A DNA stretch of 43,939 nt from Chiloscyllium plagiosum (lineage: Eukaryota). Numbering within the stretch: position 1 is the stretch's first letter; each line of letters begins with the position of its first letter. The notes beneath the pieces are model-generated. The model worked only from the letters and a program-made list of their open reading frames with translations. It had not been told where the DNA came from and searched no databases. The DNA lies in contig NC_057718.1 of NCBI RefSeq assembly GCF_004010195.1, positions 95,469,159-95,513,097 on the forward strand, given 5' to 3'. Below, in pieces: positions 25,312 to 37,580 of this stretch. The position numbers were made by a program, and so were the translations under genes.

Positions 25312-28300
25312 TTAGGGTGTAGGTTTGCTCGCTGAGCTGTAGGTTTGATATCCAAACATTTCATTACCTGGCTTGGTAATATCATCAGTGGCAACCTCCA
25401 AGTGAAGCGAAGCTGTTGTCTCCTGCTTTCTATTTATATCTTTCTCCTGCTTGGGGGTTCCTGGGTTTTGTGGTGATGTCACTTCCTGTTCGTTTTCTGA
25501 GGGGTTGATAGATGGCATCTAGATCTATGTGCTTGTTTATGGCGTTGTGGTTGGAGTGCCAGGCCTCTAGGAATTCTCTGGCATGTCTTTGCTTAGCCTG
25601 TCCCAGGATAGATGTGTTGTCCCAGTCGAAATGGTGTTTTTTTTCATCCGTGTGTAGGGCTATGAGGGAGAGGGGTTTTTCTTTTGTGTGGCTAGCTGGT
25701 GTTCATGTATCCTGGTGGCTAACTTTCTTCCTGTTTGTCCTACGTAGTGTTTGTGGCAGTCCTTGCATGGAATTTTATAGATGACGTTGGATTTGTCCAT
25801 GGGTTGTACTGGGGCTTTTAAGTTTGTTAGTTTTTGTTTGAGAGAGTGTTGGTGGGTTTGTGTGCTACTAGGATTCCGAGGGGTCTCAGTAGTCTGGCTG
25901 TAATTTCTGAATCTTCTTTGATATATGGTAAGGTGTTTAGGGTTTCTGCTGTATTTTGTCTGCTTGTCGTGGTTTGTTCTTGAGGAATCTGCGGACTGTA
26001 TTTTTTGAGTATCCGTTCTTCTTGAATACGTCGTATAGGTGGTTCTCCTCTGTTTTTTGAAGTTCGTGTGTGCTGCAGTGTGTGGTGGCTCTTTGGAATA
26101 GTGTTCTGATACAGCTTTGTTTGTGTGTGTTAGGATGGTTGCTGGTGTAGTTGAGTATTTGGTCAGTGCTGAAAATGTGTTGCTGGAAAAGCGCAGCAGG
26201 CCAGGCAGCATCCAGGGAACAGGAGAATCGACGTTTCGGGCATAAGCCCTTCTTTAGGAAGAAGAGCTTATGCCCGAAACGTCGATTCTCCTGTTCCCTG
26301 GATGCTGCCTGGCCTACTGTGCTTTTCCAGCAACACATTTTCAGCTCTGATCTCCAGCATCTGCAGACCTCACTTTCTCCTCAAGTATTTGGTCAGTATT
26401 TGTCGGTTTTCTGTATACGCAAGTTTGTAATTCTCCCTTGTCATTTCTTTCTACTGTGACGTCCAGAAATGCGGGTTTGTTGTCGGTTTCTTCCTCCTTG
26501 GTGAACTTTTATGCCTGTGAGGGTATTGTTGATGATGTTAAATGTCTCTTCCATCTTGTTTCATTTTGTGATGACAAAGGTGTCATCTACGTAGCGAACC
26601 CAGATTTTTGGTTTGATGATTGGTAGGGCTGTTTGTTCTAGCCCTTTGCATTACCGCTTCTGCTATGAATCCTGATAGCGGAGATCCCACCCGTGAACAA
26701 CTGTACTTCCTGCATGAATTTTTAAGAAAACAGGTACTGCCTAATGTCTCCAATATGTCACTGATAAATTTCTGGCTTGAGGTGTTTTTAACAGAACAAA
26801 ACGGCCGCAGAATGCTCCGAGAACTAATTAATGACACCCACCACAGACTCCGAAAATACAACCGGGAATTTGCACACCAAAAACCGTTATTCAAACAAGC
26901 AACAAATCAAGAATGGACAGACGTGGTAAAACGAGCCATAAACACCAAACAACGACAAACACAGATAAAGAAAAATTGGGACCTGAAGAAAAAAACTTGA
27001 CAAACTCGCACAAAAAGACAAAACCGATAACACAGGGGCATAGATAAAGAACTTATCAGACCGGACCCTATCAGACAAAGAAGAAGCGGTACAAGTCAAA
27101 GGATTAAATTTCATTTACCGAGACGCTGACAAGAAGGATTTCCTAGCGGCATTAGAAACCACATTGAAGAACAACAATCTCACGGAAGAAACACAACAAA
27201 CGATCAGACAAACCTACTCTGAGCCGAAAGAGGGAAGGAAACAAACTGAACACACAAGAAAAGAAAGCCCTAGAAAACTGCAAGAAAGACAAAAACATCG
27301 TTATATTACCTGCAGACAAAGGTTGGCTCACAGTCATCCTGAACAGAAGGGACTACATAGAGAAAGCCAATGCACTACTCGCAGACACCAAGACCTACCA
27401 ACAGGTGGCGCTAGACCCGACCCACAACTAGGAAACAAAATTACATATCTCCTAAGAAAATTACACAATTCCGGACAATTAAACAAGACGGAATCCCAGA
27501 AAATAAAACCCGACGGGACTAACACCCCACGATTCTACGGACTACCAAAAATCGATAAACCAGGAGCCTCCCCTCAGACCTATAGTCTCACTACCCAGAA
27601 CACCAACTTACAGACTGGCCAAAGAACTACACGCAAGACTGAAATACCTAGTAGAAGGATCACAGCATTCCATCCACTCCACCCAGGCATTCCTAAAAAT
27701 CATCAAAAACACCAAAATAGAGGAAGAATAGAGGAATGATCTCATTCGACGTAACAGCACTGTTCACCTCCATCAACATCGACCTCGCAAAGGAAATACT
27801 CGCCACACTTTTAGAAGAGACCATCACACACACACACCAACCACCATCAATCACATTACCAGCGAAAACATCATGAAGCTAGTGGACCTGTGCCTCACCA
27901 CCCACTTCACTTTCAACACCATAGTCTACAAACAAACCAAAGGCACACCCGTGGGATCTCCACTATCAGGATTCATAGCAGAAGCGGTAATGCAAAGGGC
28001 TAGAACAAACAGCCCTACCAATCATCAAACCAAAAATCTGGGTTCGCTATGTCGATGACACCTTTGTCATCACAAGATAGAAGAGACATTTAACATCATC
28101 AACAACACCCTCACAGGCATAAAGTTCACCAAGGAGGAAGAAACTGACAACAAACTCGCATTTCTGGATGTCACAGTAGAAAGAAAGGACAAGGGAGAAT
28201 TACAAACTTGCGTATACAGAAAACCGACAAACACTGACCAAATACTNNNNNNNNNNNNNNNNNNNNNNNNNNNNNNNNNNNNNNNNNNNNNNNNNNNNNN

Positions 28301-29256
28301 NNNNNNNNNNNNNNNNNNNNNNNNNNNNNNNNNNNNNNNNNNNNNNNNNNNNNNNNNNNNNNNNNNNNNNNNNNNNNNNNNNNNNNNNNNNNNNNNNNNN
28401 NNNNNNNNNNNNNNNNNNNNNNNNNNNNNNNNNNNNNNNNNNNNNNNNNNNNNNNNNNNNNNNNNNNNNNNNNNNNNNNNNNNNNNNNNNNNNNNNNNNN
28501 NNNNNNNNNNNNNNNNNNNNNNNNNNNNNNNNNNNNNNNNNNNNNNNNNNNNNNNNNNNNNNNNNNNNNNNNNNNNNNNNNNNNNNNNNNNNNNNNNNNN
28601 NNNNNNNNNNNNNNNNNNNNNNNNNNNNNNNNNNNNNNNNNNNNNNNNNNNNNNNNNNNNNNNNNNNNNNNNNNNNNNNNNNNNNNNNNNNNNNNNNNNN
28701 NNNNNNNNNNNNNNNNNNNNNNNNNNNNNNNNNNNNNNNNNNNNNNNNNNNNNNNNNNNNNNNNNNNNNNNNNNNNNNNNNNNNNNNNNNNNNNNNNNNN
28801 NNNNNNNNNNNNNNNNNNNNNNNNNNNNNNNNNNNNNNNNNNNNNNNNNNNNNNNNNNNNNNNNNNNNNNNNNNNNNNNNNNNNNNNNNNNNAAAACACC
28901 ATTTCGACTGGGACAACACATCTATCCTGGGACAGGCTAAGCAAAGACATGCCAGAGAATTCCTAGAGGCCTGGCACTCCAACCACAACGCCATAAACAA
29001 GCACATAGATCTAGATGCCATCTATCAACCCCTCAGAAAACGAACAGGAAGTGACATCACCACAAACCCCAGGAATCCCCAAGCAGGAGAAAAATATAAA
29101 TAGAAAGCAGGAGACAACCGCTTCGCTTCACTTGGAGGTTGCCACTGATGATGTTTCCTAACCAGGTAATGAAATGTTTGGATATCAAACCTACAGCTCA
29201 GTGAGCAAACCTACACCCTAAACCTCAACCTGAGCTACAAACCTTCACAAACCTTG
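25312..29256 (+). mobile_element. Penelope-like retroelement (RT plus C-terminal GIY-YIG), defective, with an inverted 5' arm
   Basis: Forward part 26691-29256 has PADKG, PRFYGLPKI.KPG, SFDVTALF, YKQTKGTPVGSPLS and RYVDD (28048-28059). Inverted copy 25312-26690 mirrors 27951-29222 and shows NVIYKIPCKDCHKHYVGQTGR. 12-bp TSD TGTATTTTAAAT at 25300-25311 and 29257-29268. Confidence 0.93.
26168..26383 (+). mobile_element. Family-A palindromic mini-element nested in the Penelope arm
   Basis: Near-perfect hairpin 26168-26345 plus a 38-nt tail. 14-bp TSD AGTATTTGGTCAGT at 26154-26167 and 26384-26397. Confidence 0.9.
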
Positions 29257-29560
29257 TGTATTTTAAATGTTGTAATTGTACCTGCATCTATCACTTGCTC
29301 AGGAAGTTCAATCCACACATGAACCACCTTCTGAAAAACAAATTTGCCCCTCATGTCTTTCTTAAATCTCTCTCCTTTCACCTTAAAAATGTTCCCCCTA
29401 GTCTTGAAATCCCTCATGCAAGAGAAAAGATACCTACCATTAGCTCAACTATACCCCTCATTATTTTATAAACCTGTGAGGGTTGCCCCTCATCCTCCTA
29501 TGGTCCAGTGGAAAAAGTCCCAACCTATCCAGCCTTTCTCGATAACTCAGACCTTCTATA
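29257..29560 (-). mobile_element. CR1 3' fragment, right part (continuation of 25170-25311)
   Basis: KTRGNIFKVKGERFKKDMRGK...WIELPEQV on the minus strand. Confidence 0.85.
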
Positions 29561-29609
29561 GTATACCATGAAATATTCTGTAAAATAGTAATGTTAAATG
29601 ATTGATTAC

Positions 29610-29814
29610 CTTTTCAAGGAAAGAAATTCTAGATGAATGAGGAATTCAAACATACTACTTGTCATAAAATGTAGCCGGGAATTTCCTTCCAAATTTACAT
29701 AAACAAGGTTTGGTGTTTGGACAAATAGGTCTGCAGGCAGAGACTGAAGAAAGGGCATTTGCCTCATCCAAAGGAACTGGAGGTTGTTTAATCCCTCAAA
29801 CCACTGTGGATCAA
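29610..29814 (-). CDS. LRRN4: LRRN4 second coding exon (LRRs)
   Basis: ctgcag| (I)DPQWFEGLNNLQFLWMRQMPFLQSLPADLFVQTPNLVYVNLEGNSRLHFMTSSMFEFLIHLEFLSLK AG|gtaatc. 205 bp, phase 1 to 2, in frame with neighbours. Not in the ORF track; translated by hand. Confidence 0.88.
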
Positions 29815-31118
29815 CTGCAGATTGTAAATAAATAGTTAGATAATATATTGTTCTGAAGATTTCTTTTGTATGTGAACTACTGATATTCAGAACTGTAGTT
29901 CATGATATACATAAATTATACCAATAATTATAACGCCATCAGTAATGAAAATCATATTTTAAAATTGTAATATTTCTGTGAAGTGATTTGAAGACCGCTA
30001 AATGTGAACTGAAGAGAACGGTACTGTTGTTCTTGTGGGCTCATTTATTACCATTCACAATAGCTAACCATTGCAAGTGTAGATTTTAAGGCTATTTATA
30101 GTAGATACAGTAATACACTTTAAAATGCTTAATTGCTGATCTTTCACTTCTCTGACTTTACAAAGCTTGTCCAGATGCAATTGTTGCTGGCTGTCCTATT
30201 TTGTCATAACAAAATTGGTTCAAGCAACCCTTTGGTTCTGACCAGGAGAAAATTATTTTAAAAGGTGTGGAAGTGAGTTTTACCATTTGGAGAAGTTGTA
30301 GTAGAAAAATGCTAAACTTGTACTTAAAACATTAATATATAGAAATATCTATGGTCATTTTAGATGCGAAAAAGCTCAGTTTTCAATCTGCAATTACCTT
30401 TTGGTTTTGATTTATACAAAAATTGGGAGAATATGAAGTCTCTGTTTTTGATTTTTTTTTCCCAAGCTTCCAAGACAATAGAAAAATATATTTGGCATGT
30501 GTCCAGTGTAATGATTTTTAAAAGATATAATTTAAAAATCTTTTTGCGTGGAATTTTGATATTAACACACTAGTCTCACCAATTATATCTCTGTTGTTAT
30601 TTAAAAAGATTTTAACAATAGTATAGGCACTTTGTTTTCCTATTTCAGTCTACTTCTATCATCATTGACTGCCGTCTTAACAATTTCAGTGTAATTTAGT
30701 CATTTTTCAATTCACATGTTTCTGTACTTAACTAATTTGGTACTTAATTTCCTATTAAAATCTGGTTTATGTATAAGCCAGGTGGTTTCAATAAACATAA
30801 GGTTAAGCCTATACCTACACAATAAACTATGTCATTTCTAACATTTGTCAGTGTCTACAGAAATATTAGGTAGTTCAAACTTCTGGCAACTTTATTTGGT
30901 AACCTTTGACATTTTTTTTTAATGAAGCTGTTTGGACAATGCAAGTATACCACAAAATCCTAAATCTCAACTACGGTAATCAACATGTTTGTATTATTTT
31001 AGTTACGTTTCTTGAAGTTCAGGACCTTCATATGAATGCTTTCTTTTTAGGAGAAGCAAGAAACTTGTACATTTTTCGTAATTTGAAAAAATTCTAAATG
31101 GCTCACAGCGGTACTTAC

Positions 31119-31848
31119 TGGTTTTGAATATGTTTGCACTCAGGTCAAGTACTTTGAGATTTTCCATTCCAGAGGCAAATACTTTGTTTTTGCACACTTC
31201 CAAAGAAGTCATGGACAAGTTTAAGCTATGAAGCTTCGGGAACTGAGAGAATTCATATGGGTTGAGCTGCTTCAAAGGGTTCCCTTCAAGCTTTAACATG
31301 ATGAGATTGGGCATTTGAAATTTCCATTGTAACTTTGTGAAGTTATTGTAGCTTAGGTCCAAAGACGCAAGTTGTGCGAGCACTGACTCTGAAGGAACAA
31401 TTTCTGAGATTTTGTTGTGGCTTAAAGTAAGAAGCTTTAAGCTGTGAATTCTTGTAAACTCTGAAAACTTAATCTGCTGGATCAAATTCTTGCTCAAATC
31501 CAGAAATTCAAGAGCTGCAGGTAGACAGGATGGGACATTTATAAGTTGATTGCTGGCTATGATTAGATGCCTTAATGTTGCTATGCTGAGGGATCCACAG
31601 GGCAGACCATCATATGTCAGATTGTTGTCTGACAGGTTGAGTATTTCCAGGGCACTGAAATTTTGGAAGGCGTTGATCGGTATATCGCTGATGTTCTGAT
31701 TGGACAGGTTGAGCTCGCTGTCATTTTGAGAGTACATTTTCATCTGGTAAATTAGAAAATGATGTGGCTGATCAACCGGTATACCATTAAGTCTCGGGAG
31801 CAATAACACCACCTCCAGCAGTAGGAAGGAAAGAACCACCATTTTCAT
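31119..31848 (-). CDS. LRRN4: LRRN4 first coding exon: signal peptide plus leucine-rich repeats
   Basis: MKMVVLSFLLLEVVLLL signal peptide followed by multiple LxxLxLSxN repeats. Donor A|GTAAGT at 31119/31118 (phase 1); candidate acceptor tttcag| just upstream of 31871. Confidence 0.9.
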
Positions 31849-34800
31849 TTTTCTTACAAAAAGTACAGTTCCTGAAACAGATCACAATTAAACGTTGAGG
31901 TGGGGTGACCGTCCTTGCAATTTTATCTTTAAATCCAAACATATTTTGAACTTGCTTCATTCTTAGCTTCAGTGCACTGTTCTGTCCAAATTTCTGTTTT
32001 AGTAACTGATGTACATTTGCAGTTTCTGCAAATTTAGCATGCAATCTCCAAAACGATTTGCACATCCCAAATAAACATTTGACAGTTTGTGTTGCGGGCC
32101 ATATCTGTGGTCTGTAATACCAGCCTGATTGATATTTATTATTATTTGTCAGAATGTCTGTTAAATATTTTGTACTATGCTAACTTGTTCTGAAGCCGAT
32201 ATTGTCATCTTCAGGACATGGTTCGCTTATCCAGAAATCAGATCCAGATTCTTAAGACTCAAGTGTTATGAAATTCTGTGAGACTGCAACAGTTTAACTG
32301 CAATTATACATATGTCCCTAACCACTGTTAAGTTATCCCATCCTTGCTGCCTTTTCCTTCAAATAAAATTGTCTACTTGAAAATCAAATCTGCGACATGT
32401 TGCAGTCTATGTATCAATGTGAGAGAGGCTAAAATTAGAACTCTGAACACTGCACACTGACTTAAATATTTTACTTCTGAACTTGAAAAGAACTTTTGTC
32501 AAAGGACTAGCCAAAAATTTCATGATGTTTTACAGTGCATTAGAGAATTGAGCACCATGCTCTCAACACTAGTACAGCCTAATCTCTTAAATAGTCAAGA
32601 TTGGATTTTGGACTTTTGTTATGCTAGGTTTTAATAAACTTCTAGTTAAGAATATACGCATGCAATTGGTTCATTGGTTGACTTTCACTCTAGGCACCTA
32701 GAGTTTGCATATCTTTTAAAACATTGTTATAGTTGGTTTATTTGTTTAGGCATGTTTCTAACCTTAAAAGTGGTGCAAGCTGCATTTAGGTCTGATATTG
32801 ATTTGCAGAGCAGTGAATTGCTGTGCTGCACCAATGTCAGCCAGTTGTCTGTAGCCATTAGTACTTACTTTCCTTAATTTCAAGAGTCTCGTAAAAGTAA
32901 AATGCATATATCAAAAACAGTTTACCACGCATCATTATTTTGTTATGATTCCCAGAATATGAATTGAATTCTTTTCCCAGATAAGTAACTCAATAACCAC
33001 AGAAAAACTAAGTTTTAATATTTCCCATAAATTCAGGTTGAATAGTACACATTTAACTTAATGTATGTTTAGTTATTATAGTGCATCTGGATTAAACTAA
33101 ATTGTGCACATGCACTGGAGATTAAGTATGATTCCCACAAACCTGAAACCATTCACAATCATGAGTAATAGCTTAAATTTCTTTTCTTGATTTGTGATTT
33201 AAATCTTTATAGAAAAAGCCTCTGTATCATCAAAATCATGCATTTAGTCATTAGAATTGTCTTTAGTTTCTACTAAATGTCTACTAAACATTTTAAACAT
33301 AACTAACTGTTGCACTTACCAGAACTGATTGGAGCATTATCTGGGTATTTTCAGTGCGTTGCCTTCAGACTGCTATATACAATAGTTGTCCCACTTTTAC
33401 AGATTATCTGAGTTAAATGATTTTTAACCCCTACTGTTCGCTCTAAAAGCACTTCCATGTGATGTAAAGGAGAAACTGGTGGATGTGTGCAAGAAGTGCG
33501 CCTATTAGTAAGTTGATGTGGACTTTGGGCATGTACTTTGTGTCTTTCATCTGTCTGCTTTGTTTCTTTTGTTGAAGATATGCATTCCTTCAGCAGAGCT
33601 CTTGGAATGTAACCTGCTTTTGATAGTTGAAAGTTGGGGTAAGTGAGGGCTAGCAGACTGTAACTGGCTGGAACGTTTGATGGGTACTTTCAGGAGTAAT
33701 AATAACTCTTTGAATTTAACAAAAAAGAAATAAAAGTTAAGCAAATGGCTGTGAAATTGTTTGTTAGTAGATTACTAGCAGATCAGTAAAGCTGCTTTTT
33801 TAAGAAGATAGAGAAGACTAGAACCCTTTTCATAAGACAACGTGACTGCTTCGGAGAGAGGACATTTTGATATCAGCATTGTGATTAGTTATGATTTGTG
33901 AAGACAGAGGGTTTTTGAATCTGCATTCCAAACAAGCCTTGGTGAGTGGTTTTGACGAAGTAATTGATAATGAGTAAACATTTCATGTGTGCTTTGCAAA
34001 CCAGTGTTGTTATTACTGATTTTTGTCTTTGTATTCAACAAATAGATCTTGAGGTTTTATGGTTTGAATCTGAACTGTCCATGGGAAGATCTAAATCTTC
34101 AAAAAATGCTGCAAATATAACTTTCTTGAAGAGAATCTTGTAACTGCTCTGGTATTTTCTATCCATCCCGCCTGTTATTTTGTGGGTTGTTTTGCAGTTC
34201 ATTACCAATCCAGCTTTTGTTTATAACCTCTGCTCAGTGCCCTATTATTACCTCATATAATTTATTGCCGATAAAACGTGACATGAAAATTGTGTATTTC
34301 AATGATGAACATGGTTAGTGTCTGTGAGGTGATTCTCTGCACCCAACCCCCTTTTCTTGTTAGTCGGTTTCTCAATTCTCATTCCCTTGGCACTAAAATT
34401 GCTTATAATGTTTAAAAAGCTTTTGGATAAGTTCGTGAACAGGAAAGGTTTGGAGGGATATGGGCCAAGTGCACACAGGTGGCACACACTGTTTATTTTG
34501 GAATTATTGCTGGTGTGGACTAGTTGGAGCAAAAGGTCTCTTTCCATACTGTGTGACTCTTATGACTATAACTGGAGTCCCATGAGCAGAAGTTTAACTT
34601 TCTGTGCAGCATATCTAATATATGTCTGTTGCTATAAAAGAGCAAATAAGAAATAGGACAAGACACATTGTACTCCTCTGATATTTGTCATTGCTGAATT
34701 TTCCACATTTTTTAACAAGAACTGTACTACTGTGAATTACATACAACTTTGATCTTTTCATACTATGAAAAGGAATACAGATGTATGACACGCAATTAAG

Positions 34801-34910
34801 TCAACCCACAGTGAAATATTTATGGTATCCAGATTAATAAATCAGATTTCTTTTCACATTTATGAAGGAGGTTGTTTGATATCGACCTTAAATAATTCAG
34901 CCACTATCTG

Positions 34911-34996
34911 GAAGGGCTTATGCCCGAAACGTCTATTCTCCTGTTCCTTGGATGCTGCCTGACCTGCTGCTCTTTTCCAGCAACACATTTTCAGCT
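34911..34996 (+). mobile_element. Single arm of a family-A element
   Basis: gaagggcttatgcccgaaacgtc...cagcaacacattttcagc, nearly identical to the arms at 26260-26345. Confidence 0.8.
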
Positions 34997-35129
34997 ATCA
35001 ACTAAATAGGGCAGATGATCGTAGTTAGTGCCTCCAACTTTCAGTTAAGAATATTTAATAGAAGAAGGGTATGCAGCCCCATCAAGCCTCTTTCACCACT
35101 CAACGAAACAACTTAGAGTGGATTTAACA

Positions 35130-36490
35130 CAATGAAACATCCTACAGCACTTCACATGAGCATTGTAAACTAATGTATGACGCCAAGGCACCTACGGAAA
35201 TGTTAGGTCAGATAACCAAAACCTTAGTCAGAGAGAGAGGTTTTCAGTGGCATTTTAAGTTGAGATAGTGATCTAGTGATGAAACTCCATAGACTGGGGC
35301 AGAAGCCTTACCTTTGGTTGCTACACTAGTGCAATTGAAATTGGAGATGCATAAAAGGCCAGAAATTCAAGGAGTAAAGATAGCTCAGGATTGAAGTAGA
35401 TTTAGGGGCTGGGTGGGGGGGCGTGCAGTGGGGTGGGGGTGGGGGCGTGGTTTGTAATTCTGTATGAAAGTTTATAAAATTGTGACATTGCTTGGAGTTA
35501 GTGTGAGCATGGTGTTATAGGGGAAAGGTTTTTATGTGAGAGTTCAGACATGGGCAGCAGAGTCTTGGATGGCCTCAAGTTTATGATGCATATAAATGTA
35601 GGAGACCAGCCAATGTTGGAATAGTTTACTGTAGAGGTAATAAAGTTGAGGGTTTTAGCTGTGCGTGAGCTGAGAGAAGAAGGGTGTGGTGGGAATATTA
35701 TAGATTGGGGGGAAAAAAGCACTTTCAGTGAAAGTATGAATATAAGATTAGAAACATGTTGCAGAGTTCAATATGATCCCAACATTGTTAACAATTCAAT
35801 TTGATCTCAGATTGTTGTCAGAAAAAAGCTGGAATCAGTAGCTGGGGTTTAGATTTGCAAAAATAGTGGTTTCAATCTTCCAATATTTAATAGAGGAAAT
35901 TGTGGCTCATCCAGTAATGTATGTTGGACTACAATCTGATAACTTACCAACAATGGAAAAGTCAAAAGAGAGGTCAGTGAGGTTGCCATCAGCCTAAGTA
36001 CTGACTCAACATGTAGATAATAAAGAAACAAGGGACCAGGTTTTGTTCTTGAGTGATACCAGAAATCAACTGGAAGTCACAATTCAGTAGCAGAAAGGGA
36101 TGCCACTGCAAGTAATTCTCTGGCTATGAATATATAGAAAAGTTTTTGGAACCAAATGAGATCAGCTGGATAACATTAGAGAGGTATTGAAGAAGGTTGA
36201 TGTGGTCATCTGGATCAAAGGCCACAAAAAGTTTGCGAGCGTCATGGGTAAGGAAGTTTACCTTTGTCACTGTCACACAGATTGTAATTTGATAAGAGCT
36301 GCTTTGATACTGGAGAGATACAATCATCATGTTCTTGAGAAGATGGAAAAGGGTTTTGGAAAGGAAAGGAAAGGGAAGTTGATGATTGAACGGTAGTTTC
36401 CAAGGACAGACCAGTCAAGGGTGATTTTTGAGAAGAGTGGTGATAAGTTTAGGAGTGAAGGGCAAAATTGGAAGGAGAGAACATTCGGTA
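35130..36490 (-). mobile_element. Old L2-like LINE remnant
   Basis: Purine-rich decayed sequence. Its 3'-end motif (ggtcagataaccaaaaccttagtcagagag..ggtttt) resembles 5750-5770 and 6295-6320. Confidence 0.4.
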
Positions 36491-36674
36491 AGATCATGGC
36501 TAATCTTTAACCTTCACTTCACTTTTCTGCCCTGCTGTTGTGTTCTTGATCTTCCTCTTCCACAAAATTTAATCAGTTTCATTCTTCAACAAGCTTGTCA
36601 ACTGAGAATCCACAGTTCTCTGGAATTAAGTTACAACTTCCTGAGTGAAGAAACTTCTTTTCTCAGTCCTGAAT

Positions 36675-37110
36675 AGAGTTGTACAACTTGGAAACAGACC
36701 CTTCAATCCAATTTGTCTATGCTGACCAGTTATCTTAAACTGATCTAGTCCCATTTGCCAGCATTTGACCCATATCCCTGTAAACCCTTCCTATTCATGG
36801 ACCTATCCAGATGCCTTTTAAATGTTGTTATTATACCAGCCTCCATCATTTCCTCTGACAGCTCATTCCATACACCCATCACCCTCTGTATGAAAAAGTT
36901 GCTCCTTAGCTCCCTTTTATATCTTTCCCCTCTCACTTTAAACCTATGCGCTCTAGTTTTGGATTCCCCTGTCCTGGAAAAAAGATCTTGGCTCTTCACC
37001 ATATCTATGCTCCTAGTGATTTTACAAGCTTCTATAAGGTCACCCTCAGCCACTGATGCTCCACGGAAATAAGCTCCAGCCTATACAGCCTCCTCTCTAC
37101 AGCTCAAACC
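36675..37110 (-). mobile_element. CR1/HER1 LINE 3' fragment
   Basis: GDLIEACKITR...FFIQRVMGVWNELS...FKRHLDR. Confidence 0.9.
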
Positions 37111-37580
37111 TAAATGGCTGAAACCCAGTTCCCCAAACCTGCGTTAACTTGTCAAACATCTCAATGTAGAGCTCGCATGCAGTCTAAAGTTTAGTCTATT
37201 GTTGACAGACAGTATACTTATAGTATAAAAATCCTCATATTTACGTTGTACATAGGCATAGTTCTGGGTCAGTCAATGCCTTGAACGAATTCCATCAACC
37301 ATTTAAGTCATGGCTGATCTCCATTTCAATTTGACCTACCTGTGCTGATTCTGAAGCCAAGGTGGCTGAGGGCAGAATAAGAGTTCAATGGAGAAGTAAA
37401 TTAGCAAGCAGCCAGAAGATCAGGGTCACATCCAAGTAGTGAAAGGAGGTGTTCACTTTATGTTTGGCCTACTTGTAGAGAACTGCATCATGAATGGTAT
37501 TATAAAGTAAATAAAGTATACAACTTCCCTGTTTTGCTTGGAATAGGTTTCTCGGTCCTGGAGGAGGCAAAGTTACTTTT

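Noticed and set aside
28070..29021. Long ORFs across N runs (also at 8589 and 22403)
   Set aside because: Their length comes from untranslatable Ns.
31003..31118. C-terminal extension of the 281-aa LRR ORF as a standalone secreted protein
   Set aside because: Read-through past a consensus GTAAGT donor; in-frame downstream exons exist.
35404..35450. G-run tract with G-quadruplex potential
   Set aside because: A simple expansion within a decayed LINE, with no evidence of function.
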